From Mobula hypostoma (taxonomy: Eukaryota), in the NCBI RefSeq assembly GCF_963921235.1, contig NC_086097.1, forward strand, positions 96,846,001 through 96,910,000: a DNA stretch of 64,000 nt, given 5' to 3'. Position 1 is the first letter of the stretch. Each line of letters starts with the position of its first letter. Below, piece by piece: positions 63,413 to 64,000 of the stretch. A model generated the notes under the pieces. That model saw only the letters and a program-made list of their open reading frames with translations. It made no database searches and was not told where the DNA came from. A program made the translations under genes and the position numbers.

Positions 63413-64000
63413 TGTCACGTATCCCATGATGGGAATAAAGAACCAGCAGAAATAGAAACCACTTTGGAGTCTAGTATTGCTATAAACTAATAGTATTTAT
63501 TAATAACTATGCAATACAGTAAACTAAGTGAAGATAAATCAAACAGGTTAGCAAGAATTATATATATAAGTAAGTAAATCAGTAAGTGTGGAAAAATATG
63601 TATGAAAACCCAAGCTTCTTTAAGTCTAGGGGTAAAAAGATACAGTCTCACAATGTTGGGTAAAGTTCAGTTTAGTTCAGTTCGTGGTATTTAGTTGAAT
63701 AGTGATGGAGAGAGAGAGAGAGAGTGAGTTGAATCTTCAGGTGAGCTGTTGCCGTCGATTTTCTCGTCGTCCTCCGAAATCCTTTACAAGTCACCAACTG
63801 TGACTTTAACCAGGGGGACCGGTTTTCCTGTGGTGGAGCTATCACCCCGGCAAGGGTGGAACTCCCCACCAGTCAACCGCTTCTCCTCCTTCCACTGCAG
63901 GAGTGATTGGATCGATCCGCCTGATCGATCCTCCAAAACCCACTTTCTCTGTGGGCACAACGATGCTCATTCAGTGTCCAGATCATGTGTCTGAGGTCTG
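63413..64000 (-). mobile_element. LTR of the same family as 57547-58477, running off the window end
   Basis: Reverse complement closely matches ~57893-58477. Confidence 0.9.

Overview
Eukaryotic, repeat-dominated vertebrate DNA, most likely a cartilaginous fish (ray/shark). This is inferred from the CR1, Penelope-like and V-SINE content and the GPR139-like genes. Most of the window is transposon debris: CR1 LINEs (one nested inside another), Rex1/Babar and L1 fragments, a full-length GC-rich RTE-clade LINE, Penelope-like elements with hammerhead ribozymes, five TSD-flanked solo LTRs and SINEs. Host-like content is (i) one complete and one truncated GPR139-like GPCR pseudogene on the minus strand, and (ii) a spliced minus-strand gene, which the ORF track shows only in fragments, whose joined exons resemble the C-terminal half of a ubiquitin-specific protease (USP/peptidase C19) domain. 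Two of its phase-2 symmetric exons are amplified 4-5 times in a ~12 kb tandem array of ~2.55 kb units. All calls were made by eye, with no database searches. Boundaries without a TSD or splice site are approximate.
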